DNA from: the human T2T-CHM13v2.0 reference genome, Homo sapiens | Assembly (NCBI GenBank): GCA_009914755.4 | Contig: CP068257.2 | Coordinates: 28,064,001-28,128,000 of the forward strand | Direction of reading: 5' to 3' | Length of the DNA stretch: 64,000 bases | Shown here: positions 30,061 through 42,359 of the stretch, piece after piece | How the letters are laid out: the number at the start of each line of letters is the position of its first letter | Numbering within the stretch: position 1 is the stretch's first letter | Position numbers and translations under genes: made by a program | Notes under the pieces: generated by a model | Databases searched by the model: none | Told to the model about the DNA's origin: nothing | What the model saw: only the letters and a program-made list of their open reading frames with translations

Positions 30061-30505
30061 TAAACCTTGCCAAGCAGCACTGAGGTTCAAGCTGAAGTTC
30101 AAAACCATACTATTGTAATAGCATCCACACAATTATATTTTCTCTGGTGGTGATTGGCTACTCATGTGCAGGATGGATTCAATTATTTAGGTTTGGGAAA
30201 CTGCAGGGAATATGTGATAGAAGGCCAAGGTCAGCAAGGCTCAGTGAATTGGTGAGAGGAAACTTGACATGAAGGGGGATAGGGCCTAGGTCGAATAAGG
30301 AACAAAGTAAGAATACAATGGACTCAGTGAAGAGATGAGTGAAGGGCCAAGGGATGCAGGTGGTGGATGAGACCCATGAGCAAGTGCTATAAGAATGAGG
30401 ATGTGAGAGTTAGCACTGTCGATCATATTTCACTGCTATAAATCATTACATCACAGTGTGGATGAAGGGTTGTATCATAATAGCTTATAAGTGGAGAATG
30501 CAGTG

Positions 30506-30900
30506 TGTCAATTAGATTATACATTTCTTCAGTCAACAAATAACTGATGGACGTTCACCATGTGCTAGGCACTGCTCTGGGCCCTAGGGATACAAAGGTG
30601 AACAAAAACCGATACATTCCTTGCCTTCATAGAGCTGTAGTCTAGCAGAACAAGGGAAGATAAAACAATAAACAGAATAAATACATAAAATATGCATCTG
30701 ACCTAAGAGATGGCAGCTGGTAACAAGAAATCAAAGAGAAAACTAGAAGGATTAAGTAAGAGATAGTTTGCAGTTTTAAGTAGCATGGACAGGGAAGAAG
30801 AATAGGAAAACTTGATTAGCATGATGTGAAAGAAGAGGCGATACCATATAAGTAGGTTCCAACTCATGAATGCATTGAATGTGTGGCTTTCCAAGTTGTC
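30506..30900 (-). mobile_element. MIR/L2 3'-tail-containing fragment (antisense)
   Basis: 'tcagtcaacaaataactgatggacgttcaccatgtgctaggcactgctctgggccctagggatacaaaggtgaacaaaaaccgatacattccttgccttcatagagctgtagtctagcagaacaagggaagataaaacaataaacag' is the reverse complement of the shared L2/MIR tail ('...gtgcctggcacatagtaagcgctcaataaatgtttgttgaatga') plus the upstream L2-like region. Confidence 0.45.
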
Positions 30901-31344
30901 ATCTGGATTTTGATTAGTTGGAACTCAGAGGTTTTTTTCCCCAAGGAGTAAGATGAGTGATTGTGATTGGGGACCTAATCAATCCTCATCCCATTCCCCA
31001 AAGCTTCCTTGACTCATAATGTGTTGGAAATACCACTTTTTGTAACCCTGGGCTTCAAGTCCTTTCCAGTTTCTCTGGCCATCGAGTCTAGAGGTTTCTT
31101 GAGTGCTGAGGAAAGAAGGAAGTTTGGTGAATGGTTGAGGCTGGGCATTTCTTATTATTTCATGCCGGAAGAAGCCCTAGTCAGCAGAAAAGTCAAAAAA
31201 AGGAAGGTAGGAGGTGGAGAATCTTGGCAGCAGTGGCACCCTTTGGAAGCCTGCCCTATTGTTTTCCCCCAAAATCCACTGCTCAGGGCCTTTCATTTAG
31301 GAAGGACATTAGTCAGACCACTAGTCATGCTGTGGTGTTTGTCA

Positions 31345-31560
31345 TATTCAGTATCATTTCTGCAACAAATGATTGAACACCTACAGGCACCTCTTCAGAT
31401 GATCAGTGAACAACAGGCAAAATCCTTGCCAGGTGAGCTTACATTCTACCAGGGTAGACAGGGAAATAAATAGGCAACAGAATAAATAAATTATATAGGC
31501 TGTGATGTAAGAACAATGGGTTAGGTAGTCATAAGATCTAGTGAGTGTCCTGAAACTTCA
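31345..31560 (-). mobile_element. L2/MIR tail-like fragment (antisense)
   Basis: 'caaatgattgaacacctacaggcacctcttcagatgatcagtgaacaacaggcaaaatccttgccaggtgagcttacattctaccagggtagacagggaaataaataggcaacagaataaataaattatatagg' follows the same consensus pattern as the 30506 element. Confidence 0.35.
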
Positions 31561-32699
31561 TTTATCCTAAAGGGCCTGAGCTTTTTCAGTTTTCACCACT
31601 TGAAGGTATTTTTCATGTCTGTAACTGTAGTAGAGAAAGATAGTTTCTGGAGATGTTACCTATATGTAAGAGGGTGGATCTGTATATTTTGAATTGAGTT
31701 TTCATCCTAAACTTAAAAAGTGATTTTGAGTCTGAGGATTCTGAAGAGCAGTTTTGGCTGTTTTTACATGCTCTGGATGCCCATGAAAACAATTAAGATG
31801 GTTTAATACCGATTTTCAACTTCTAATCTCTCCCTGGATTGAAAGAAGAAAGCAAATGCCAAGATGCATGACTTCGACACTATTATAGCAAACATGTCAT
31901 AATCACTACATTTTCCCAATGGTTTTATTACTTTAAATGTGGTCCCCTTTTCCAGAAAAGCAGAATTTCTGAGTTATGGCAGTTCGCCCAGTAATTTGTA
32001 AACAGTGCTTAAATCCCTAGTTGGCCAGTCCGTACCTGAAGGAACTGTTCAATTCTACAAAGTACATAATTGCGGTATAAATTTATTTTTTCACTTTCTA
32101 CAGCACAAATGAACTACTTATAATAATTATTGTATTTTTTTAAATAATACCACCACTCAGAAGGAAATTTTATCTGTTGAATTCCCTTCTGAGAGGTAGG
32201 TATTTTAGAATATGCATGCAAAACAGGATAAGCAGAGGAAATCTTAACACCAATCAAAATATCTCAGGAATGGCACAGGAATTCTTTTTAAACCAAAGTA
32301 TTTATGTGTCTCAATATTCTGAAGAATAGTTTTCAATGTAAATGAGCTCTTCAGAGTGAAAATTTCTGAGAAACTGCAGATAAGATTTCAAATAGCCGAT
32401 TACATCAATCCAAGGGAAATTTCATCTGCTCACAGATATAGCTATGGGATGTATTTGCAAGACAGAACTTAGCTGAACTTGCATAGCTGTTTCCTGGCTC
32501 TCTTTTTATCCTCTAATTTCTTCTAGTTTTATTAGCTTCTCTTCCTCAGCCTGCTCCATAATATTGATATTTCCTGGGTTTGTTTGCTCATTTATTTATT
32601 TTACCATTCTCTCTTTCTATTCACAATTCTTTTGTGATTTCATTTACCATCATGACATTCATAGCCACGGTATCTTTAGCCTACACTTTTGTCCTATGG

Positions 32700-34015
32700 G
32701 ACATGAGGGAACTTCAAAAAATTCATTAAAAATGAAATTAAAAGATAAAATAAAAATATAAACCTTATTTCTCATCATATCATTCAACAAGTTTAAGACA
32801 GTTTTGTAAGCAGTGATAGCAGCCATTTAGTCTATCTCTAAAGAACTGAGATTCCTGGGAATTTAACCATGTCAATGCATTCTTTTTCTCATTACTAGCT
32901 GAAGAAAAATGGGTTCCCCTTAAAGATTCTTTAAGATTAGGAAACAAAAAGAAGTTAGAAGGAGGCAAATGAGGACTGTAAGGTGGATGCCTGATGGTTT
33001 CCCATCAAAACTTTCACAAAATTGCCCTTGTTTGATGAGAGGAATGAGCAGGAGCACTGTCATAGTGGAGGAGGACTCTCTGGTGATGTTTTCCCAGGTG
33101 CTTTTCTGCGAAAGCTTTGGCCAACTTTCTTGAAACACTCTCATAATAAGCAGATGTTATCATTTTGGCCCTCCAGAAAATTGACAAGCAAAATGCCTTC
33201 AGCATCCCCAAAAAACTGTTGCCATAACCTTAGCTCTTGAGCAGTTTGCTTTTACTTTGACTTGACCACATCCACCTCTTGGTAGCCATTGCTTTGATTA
33301 TGCTTTGTCTTCAGGATCATACTGGTGAAGCCATGTTTCATCTCCTATTAAATTCTTCAAATAAATGCTTCAAGATCTTGATACCACTTGCTTAAAATTT
33401 CCATTGAGAGCTCTATTCTTGTCTATAGCTGATCTGGGCACAACAGTTTTGGCACCCATCAACTGGAAAATTTGCTCCATTTTAATTTTTAAATCGGAAA
33501 TGTGTAAGCTGAACAAATTGAGATGTCTGTGGTGTTGGCTATTGTTTCTGCTGTTAATTGTTGATCACCATCAATTAGAACACGAACCAGATGAATTTTT
33601 TCCTTACAAATTGATGTGGATGCTCTACCGCTAGAGGCTTCATCTTCAACATCATCTCATACCATCTTAAAATGAGTTATCCATTTGTAAACTGCTTATT
33701 TCTTTGGGGCATTGTCCCATAAACTTCTTGTAAAGCATCAGTGATTTTCATCATTCTTCCACCTAAGCTCCATCATAAATTTGATGTTTGTTCTTCCTTC
33801 AATTTTAGCAGAATTTATGTTACTCATATAGGAGCTCTTTTCAAACAGATGTCTTCTCCTTCTTAGTGACTCAAACTAGATTGTGTTCATATTTGTTATA
33901 ATAAGTTAATGTGAGTTTATTTTGGTGCAAACAATTGAAATCCTTGCGTAATTCTTTCTCATAATAAGCACTTTCCATGAACTCTTTGAACGACCGTTGT
34001 AATTTAAACTGCGTT
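32700..34015 (-). mobile_element. Mariner-family DNA transposon relic (Hsmar2-like), ~1.3 kb, transposase ORF broken by frameshifts and stops
   Basis: Minus-strand translations give mariner transposase motifs. The HDNARPH-box region reads '...KHLGKHHQRVLLHYDSAPAHSSHQTRAIL'. The C-terminus reads 'PSNFFLFPNLKESLRGTHFSSASNEKKNALTWLNSQESQFFRDRLNGCYHCLQNCLKL' (compare mariner 'PSDFFLFPNLKKWLAGKRFSSNEEVIAATEAYF...KLEHRWNKCI'). An N-terminal-like 'DDVEDEASSGRASTS...SKFSSxWVPKLL' is also present. Multiple stops and frameshifts make it a pseudogene. The ends are approximate, placed at weak inverted similarity ('ggaacttcaaaaaattcat' vs 'cgttcaaagagttcatgg'). Confidence 0.65.
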
Positions 34016-36228
34016 TGGATTTCTACCTAAAGTAGGGTAATAAAGTATCCCAGTTTGCCTGAAACTCCCAGTTCTGCATCCTGGGAAAGTTTCTCTTCCA
34101 GATGTGAAGAATCCAGGCTTTGGGGGATAGGCATGGAAGTTTGGGAGAAAGGTACAAAACCCATCAGCACCTTCAAACATAGGGGCTGAAGGCAACACTA
34201 TTTTTAGTGTCAAATTGATAATGGCACACATTATCCACCTTCCATTGCTGCAGTCACTGTTTTTCCCCAACCACTGGCGCTGGCAACTGTAATTTGGGGC
34301 TAACAATAATAGCTAATTAACTGTTGATTTTCTTCAAGTGATGCATCCTAAATGGGCAACTTAAGTAGATTGCAATCATGATTATTAACAATCTGTCTTT
34401 GAGTTGGCCAGTAGATTAATTTTTGAGTTGTATTAAGATAGAGAAGTTTTAAGTTGTTAAATGTTAAATATCATAAATATCACTTTAAGAGAGATATGCC
34501 ATTGACTTTACCCCACGGATATCAATGATATATTTAAATAAGGAAAAAAGTTCTCAGAGGATTGGGAGAGAATAACTTCTATCCATTGGAGATGTATTTG
34601 TGGATATGCTAGTAGTGGAATAGGGTTAGTTTATTTGCCTCACTCGATTTTGGATGAAAACAAATGGGATCTGAATTTCCGTGAGATTAATATATTCCTT
34701 TAACTACATCCTAGTTCTGTGTGACTGTAAGCCTCAGAAGATCAAAATGGCAACTATTTAACCAGCAATATCTGTGGTTAATTTTCATGATGAACAAGAC
34801 AAATGTGAAAAAATGCCACGGAAAATGGTATTATGTTTAATGGTTTAGATTTAGAAGTATTTTCATTTAAGTAGCATGTGGCATTGAACTTAATTTATAT
34901 AAAAATATGAGTGAAATTTATGTTTTACTTCTACAGGCGGTTACATTTTGACTGAGGGAGATGCTTTTGCAGTGCTGTTCCTTGGGGCCTTGCTACTACT
35001 AAATGAATATCTGCCATATATTTCGAGATTTTTCTATGCTTTGATTTACCATGGATGGTTTGTGTAAATAATTTTCAAATTCTAAATACCAACATAGGAG
35101 AGCCTTATCCAGAGCTGGTTAAATATTTAAGAACCAGCTCTCAAAACTCTATGTGTGTTTATATATAAATTTTACTGATATTAGAATGTATACCAATAAC
35201 TTATAAATAATAATAAAATACACAATGCTATTTATCATAAATTCTATATAGCCAATTGAGTCTTGCTATATTCTAGCTATATGAACATTTTTTCCTGATT
35301 TTTGCTAAATTTGTATATCTGTATCCAGCTTATAGTTGAAATTTGAACATAGTTTTATAAATAAAGTTGCATCCTAATCCCCTAATTTTTTTTTCAAAAA
35401 AATTGTTGTAATTAAATTTGTGGGCTACTTTAAAACTTTCCCATTCTTATGCAAATTATATTCATTAAACTAAAACCTCTTTTAGCTTCAGCACTTGACA
35501 TGGTGCACTTTTAAGTTAAATCTGAATTATTAACATTTCTTCATCACTTTCTTAAGTGATGAAGAAAATGTTTCATTTTGAGGAAAAGGATTGTTTTGCT
35601 CGACAATCACATGAACCTCTGTTAGCGTTTATAGATGTAGATTTACAAGGGGTAAATATTCCCATGATTGCCAGTTACCATTTACTAACATAATGTCACT
35701 CAGTGCAGTTAAAAGAGATGCACAGTAGCACATCATTGTATGACATTTTTAGTATATGGATATAGTAGATGTAAAACTGTAAGGCATAGGTAATAGTAAA
35801 ATACAGGGAAATAATTAGTTTTACTATTATATTTACTATGTATTTTTAATATTTACTTTTATTTTAATATAAGATATTTAATTGTAAGTTTGTGTAATTC
35901 AATTTTTTCATAATGGCTGTGTTTAACAATAGGCTTGCAACATTCCTGAAAATTTAACAGTTGGCTCTTGTGAGCCAATACAAACTTGCTCCAGAACATT
36001 ATTGGCCTAATCTGAAGAGGCTTATTTAATCTGAAGAGGCTTATAAATAAAAATGCCCCACTTCCAAGCACCTCCATCACTACCACTCCATCCAGGCTAC
36101 TGGCCTTCCTTTCTAGAATTATGGCTTAGCCTCCACTCTGTCCTTCTGGCTCGCACTTTGGCCCATTGGTCCACTTCCCACACTACAGACAGAGTGATCC
36201 TTTTAATGGATATACTGGATCATAGCAC

Positions 36229-36277
36229 TTTTCTTTTCTTTTCTTTTCTTTTCTTTTCTTTTCTTTTCTTTTCTTTT
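36229..36277. repeat. (TTTTC)n microsatellite ((GAAAA)n expansion of an Alu A-tail)
   Basis: Direct read of 'ttttcttttcttttcttttcttttcttttcttttcttttcttttc'. Confidence 0.97.
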
Positions 36278-36550
36278 CGAGACAGAGTCTTACTCTCTTG
36301 CCCAGGGTGGAGTGCAGTGGCACAATCACAGCTCACTGCAGCCTCGACTCCAGTGATCCTCCCACCTCAGCCTCCTGGGTAGTTGGGACTATAGCCACGT
36401 GACACCATGCCTGGCTAATTTTTTTGTTTTTGCAGGGATAGGGTTTCACCATGTTGCCCAAACTAGTCTTGAACTCTTGGGCTCAAGAGATCCACCCCCC
36501 TGGGCCTCCCAAATTTCTTGGATTACAGGCATGAGCCACTGAGCCCAGCC
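36278..36550 (-). mobile_element. Alu SINE, antisense
   Basis: 'gagacagagtcttactctcttgcccagggtggagtgcagtggcacaatcacagctcactgcagcctcgactccagtgatcctcccacctcagcctcctgggtagttgggactatagcc...ggattacaggcatgagccactgagcccagcc'. Confidence 0.93.
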
Positions 36551-37466
36551 TCCTTTTATCAAAGTTCTTTATTGTCTTCCTTTCTTACTCAGAATTGAAC
36601 TCAACATTCTTGTCATCATTGCCTCTTTGACATAGCTCTAATGACCTCTGCATTCTGTTTCCTACTAATTCCCCACCATTTTGCTCTCATCTCTTTTGCC
36701 TTCTTGGGATTCTTCTCACACATCAGAGAACCTGCCTCAGTGCATTTTGTACTTTGCTTTCTTGGCCTGGCATGCAGGGACCTCCAACTTGCACACTCCT
36801 TAAATTGCCTGCTCTCCAACCTAATGTTACTTTCTCAAAGAGACCTCCCTGCCTATCCAAGTCAGAGCACACTCAAAAACTCTAGACTGCCTGTTTTCTT
36901 TCCCCATACTCTACATCTCATTGCTCTTCATAGCATGGTTCAGAACCTACCATGTTAATTTTCCATCTCCCCAACAAGAACATAGATTTCATGAAAGAAA
37001 GGACTTTGCTTTATTCATCGTGGATCTCCAGAGCCTAAAAAACTATCTGACATAGATAACTGATAAATATTCATTAAATTCATGCATGGATCCTTATTAG
37101 AATTGACTCTGAACTGTGTTCACTTTAGGTGAATTCCATCACTGTTTCTCTCAGCATGAGGGTGGTTCAGTGGCAAGAAGGTGTCAAGTCCAACTCATAA
37201 AGTGAGGCTGTGTTCATTCAGAGGGGTACCGCTTTCTAATTCTCACAAAGGCACAATATGAGCTGGTGACAGTCCTAATTTCATCCTATTGACAGATATA
37301 ATTTTATGTCTTTAATGTCTTCCTCATTGCACCCCAAATCTTCTAGTGGCTTGGAACAACTTATATATGCTATTCTCTTCTCTTGGGGACACATGGATAT
37401 GACTAAGTAACCATATCATACTTGTATGCAGGGTGAGTCTGTGTGTAACCAAAAGTTGAAAACATC

Positions 37467-37717
37467 GGCTGGGCACGGTTGCTCAGGACTGTAATCCCAG
37501 CACTTTGGGAGGTCGAGGCGGGTGGATCACCTAAGGTCAAGAGTTTGAGACCAGCCTGACCAATATGGCAAAACCCCGTCTCTATTAAAATTACAAAAAT
37601 TAGCCGGGCATGGTAGCATGCACCTGTAGTCCCAGCTACTTGGGAGGCTGATCGCGCCACTGCACTCCAGCCTGGGCGACAGAGTGAGACTCCGTCTCAA
37701 AAAAAAAAAAAAAAAAT
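37467..37717 (+). mobile_element. Alu SINE, sense, with a ~50-bp internal deletion in the right monomer, poly-A(19)
   Basis: 'ggctgggcacggttgctcaggactgtaatcccagcactttgggaggtcgaggcgggtggatcacctaaggtcaagagtttgagaccagcctgaccaatatggcaaaaccccgtctctattaaaattacaaaaattagccgggcatggtagcatgcacctgtagtcccagctacttgggaggctga|tcgcgccactgcactccagcctgggcgacagagtgagactccgtctcaaaaaaaaaaa'. The segment 'ggcaggagaat...gcagtgagccgaga' is missing. Confidence 0.93.
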
Positions 37718-38054
37718 TGAAAACATATTTGAAGAGATTGGTACATTGCCAATACTAAAGAAAAGGGAATAAGTGAAAGAAGTTAAGCAAGGTCATAACA
37801 TATAAAGAATATTAAGTGAAATATAAAAAGAAATCAAGTCAAATGTTTTTCCCTAGCACGACCCCAAGACAAAATTAGGTCTAAAGACATAGAAAGCAAT
37901 TAAAACTCATTGTAGTGACTGTGCTCATAGAATATTTGTAAACAGCCTATTTCCTTTAGGCCTCAGTTTCATTACCTGTGAAGCAGGCATTGTAGTATTG
38001 ATCTCCTCAGAAAGAGTTATAAAAATCAGATACTGTCTGAAAACTGGTATTGTT

Positions 38055-38085
38055 ATTATGATTATGATTATGATTATTTTTGAGA
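38055..38085. repeat. (ATTATG)n hexanucleotide repeat at an Alu tail
   Basis: Direct read of 'attatgattatgattatgattatgattattttt'. Confidence 0.95.
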
Positions 38086-38372
38086 TAGAGTTTCTCTTTG
38101 CTGCCTAGGCTGGAGTGCAGTGGTACAATCACAGCTCACAGCAGCCTCCACTCAACTGGACTCAACTGGACTCAACTGATTCTCCAACTTCAGCCTCCCA
38201 AGTAGCTGGGACCACAGGTGCATGCTACCACCTGGCTAACTTTTTTTATATTTGTAGAGACAAGGTGTCACTATGGTGGCCAGGCTGGTTTGGAACTCCT
38301 GACTTCAAGTGATCCTTCCTCCTCAGCCTCCCAAAGTGCTGGGATTACAGGCATGAGCCACTGTACCTGGCC
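38086..38372 (-). mobile_element. Alu SINE, antisense, with an internal 'ctcaactgga' x~3 tandem triplication
   Basis: 'tttttgagatagagtttctctttgctgcctaggctggagtgcagtggtacaatcacagctcacagcagcctccactcaactggactcaactggactcaactgattctccaacttcagcctcccaagtagctgggaccacagg...gggattacaggcatgagccactgtacctggcc'. Confidence 0.93.
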
Positions 38373-38450
38373 CTGAAAATTAGTATTATTAACCTTAAGG
38401 ATATGTTTCATAAATTCATTTAAATATTTATTAAGTGGGCATTTTTATGA

Positions 38451-38822
<372 letters not shown>

Positions 38823-41802
38823 CGACATTTTCATTATTAACAATTATTTCTTAAAGATCACTTAAGAAAATGTGAGTTTTTTTTCAGAGAATAAGTATGT
38901 TCATACTTCTAGATGTATTCTCCATTTATGTTTTACCCACAATATGAAAGTCACCTATGCTTAACAATTTCCAAAGACAGCTTGATGTTTCCAAGAAGTC
39001 CCCTTTTAAGTGTGGCCTGTAAGACCTTGCCCAGGTGGCTTATCTGATGGTCTTGGCGAGACTCTGGCCTGGGCAGTAATTCTGGCTCTAACATTTCTGC
39101 TTGAAGCACAAAGAAACTGTAGGCTCATTTCCCAGAGGATGGGGGAAGTTGTAGCTCTAACTGTTTAAAATTGGATTTTATTGGGTAATGTTTCAAAGCG
39201 CTCACTTTGCATTTCTGCTTACAAAGCTGAACATTCAGCCAAAATATTGGAAAGGAAATACTCAGGCAGAATGAAACGACTGAGGAGGCTTGAAAAGTGG
39301 GGAGCCGAGCCAAGAATGACAAAATAAAAGGGGCACATTCCAGAAGGAGACGTGAAAGAGAAAACTGTTTTTAGCACATCAGTTAGAGCCTTCTTTTCCC
39401 ACATCCATATCCAAACCTTGGGAATAACTAATGTTTTAGTTGGGTTTTTAGCTTTTCTTCTCATATACTCACTTCAAATCTCATGCTAACACATTAAAGA
39501 AGGCTTTGCCGGCCCATCTGGGGCAACCCAAGCCTTTAATTCAAGTTGGCTTTTACCATTTCATGGCAGGTGCCAAGGATGGAGGTCACGTGAAGGTTTT
39601 CTACCCTCCACTCTGGAAACATGAAATAAAATTACTTTAGCATTGATGCAATGAACAAATATTCCTGTCAGATGCGATCACCATCTGAGACACAAGTCTG
39701 GGAAGTATTTTACATCCCATAACATGACTTTGAGGGTGAGCACATGTATTTGTTTATCTCCCATGAAGGCAACTTTATTTATACGCTATTGATTTTTTTG
39801 TGAACTATTCTGCTCCTTGAAAAACTCCATTTATTTGATTATAGGAAGCAAATCTCCCCCACACTACCAGAGTGGATTATTTAGAAATGGCTGAGAGCAA
39901 CCATAGAGACAGCTCAAGAAGCTAGTCTACAAAGGCAGGTCAGGAGGCAGCACAGAACTGAATGGAAGTGCGTTGCACTGGGCAGACAGAGAGGTTTGGA
40001 TGAACTGACTTCAGTGAGGTTTCCCACCTGGGAAATTTTGCTGATAGTGACTCACTTGTGCTCCTAATTCTCCCACCTTATCTGTTTGTGTGGGGTGTGT
40101 ATATGTGTGCTCATGAACACTCATATGTGTATATGCATGCATTTCTCTTATAAAGCCATCTTTAATAATTACAACCATCTTCCCACCTTTGAGAAGATTC
40201 CAAACTACATTCAGAAGAAGCAAACAGTTTTTGAGGTGTTACCTCCATCATACCAAGAGGATGGATTTCAAATCTTTTTGCAGTCACTTGGAGAGAGTTG
40301 ACTTCTTTTGCAAGTCTCTTGCATTGTTAAATATCCCACAGAAATGAAACTTGAAAGGGTAAAAGCAGAAATGATCCTTTGTGCTTAAGACACTGAAGAA
40401 AATAAATTGTATGGAAACAATAAATGATTAATTTGAAAACAAAGCAACGACTTTTTCTTTTTCTCTCAGATATGGTAGCATCTCCAAGTGGTTTCTGTGG
40501 AGGAACTATATTTCAGAGAATATGAATTCACAGACTGTACAAGGTGATTATTTTTAACGCATCTATCTATCTTGAATTATCATAAAGTCATAGAATGTAA
40601 AAGGAACTTGATTATCTAGTAAAGTTCTTATTCTTTATTTTGCTTCTTTTAGAAACAAAAACCACTTGTCATTTACTAAAATATCTTCAGATAAAGAAAC
40701 TAGATATTGCTCTTGGAAACAATAATGCAGCCTTTTGTAATGTCTTCAAGTCAGTACACATTTATTGCGAAATTAAACTGTGCTGGGGACACAAAAATCA
40801 AATTAGACATTTTCTTATTTATGTATGCATTCATTTAAAATATTTATTGGCTGTCTACAATGTGCCAGAATGGTTTTGAGGCAATAGGGGTACAGGAGTG
40901 AAAAAGGTAGACCTAGTTGCTGCCTTCATGAAAATTGTAGTACATTGGAGAAAAAGGACATTAAAAATATAATATAATGACAGGCAGTGAAAAGTGCTGT
41001 GATTACAAATAAAGCGGAATGAGGGGGTTAAGAGTGATGGAGACAGACTCCTATTTTAGATAGGATGGTCCAGGTAGGTCTCTCTGGCAAGATGACATTT
41101 AAACAGAGATCTGAATGTGATGAGAAACAGAAGACATTCTAGGGAGAGGAAACGGAATAAGGGAGGGGGAGAGACCAAGGATAGTTCCCATAACCAGTGG
41201 TTCTGTGTGGATAGAAGTTGAAGTCATGCAAAATTACAGAAGTAGAGACAGGAAAGGGATGTGGGAGAATATTTGTAGGGCTTGTAAACTGCACTGAAGA
41301 GTTTAGATTTTTCCTAAAATCCAAAAGGCAGTGTAGAATTGAAGAAGTCTAGGGAGAGATAAGACCAAGCCAGGGCAGTTAGCTGGTTACTCTGACAGTA
41401 GTATGAAGATTAGGAAGAGTAAAGGAACATCGTGCATTCATTTTATATGGTACAAAGCAGAGGTCTTCAGACATTTTTGTTCTTTTCTCCCCAAAAAAGT
41501 AATTTTGAACAATATGTAAACAAATTTTATAGTGATTTTAAATACTGCCAAATATATAATTTCCAACATCCTCAAAATATTGGCATTTAAAAGTAATTAT
41601 TTTACTCAATTAAAATATGCAGTAGAATATAAACGCCAGTGTGATTTGATTTCCACCAACATCCATTTAAAAATACACACTAAGTTGTTTTTCACTCTTT
41701 TTATATTATCACCTTTCTCTTTGAACTTCTTCCACCATAATTTTACCATAAAGTGTTTTTATGATTTGGAGATGTTTTATAGATAACTGTCATATGTTGT
41801 GC

Positions 41803-41850
41803 AACACACATGCACATGCACACACATGCACACACATACACAAACACACT
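41803..41850. repeat. (CA)n/(CATG) imperfect microsatellite
   Basis: Direct read of 'caacacacatgcacatgcacacacatgcacacacatacacaaacacac'. Confidence 0.9.
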
Positions 41851-41970
41851 GTTTATAATATGCATTAATTTTAGTTTTCTGTGACCAAAATGATTTCAAT
41901 TGAAAAAACTTCTTCTGGATTAAGTGACTATTACATTGTTTATTAGTACACGATTCATCAAGCAACATAA

Positions 41971-42359
<389 letters not shown>

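Noticed and set aside
31009-31473. 154-aa plus-strand ORF in apparently non-Alu sequence
   Set aside because: There is no start context, no splice signals, and no similarity I can recognise. Its 3' third overlaps an L2/MIR tail-like repeat. The length is within chance expectation for 64 kb.
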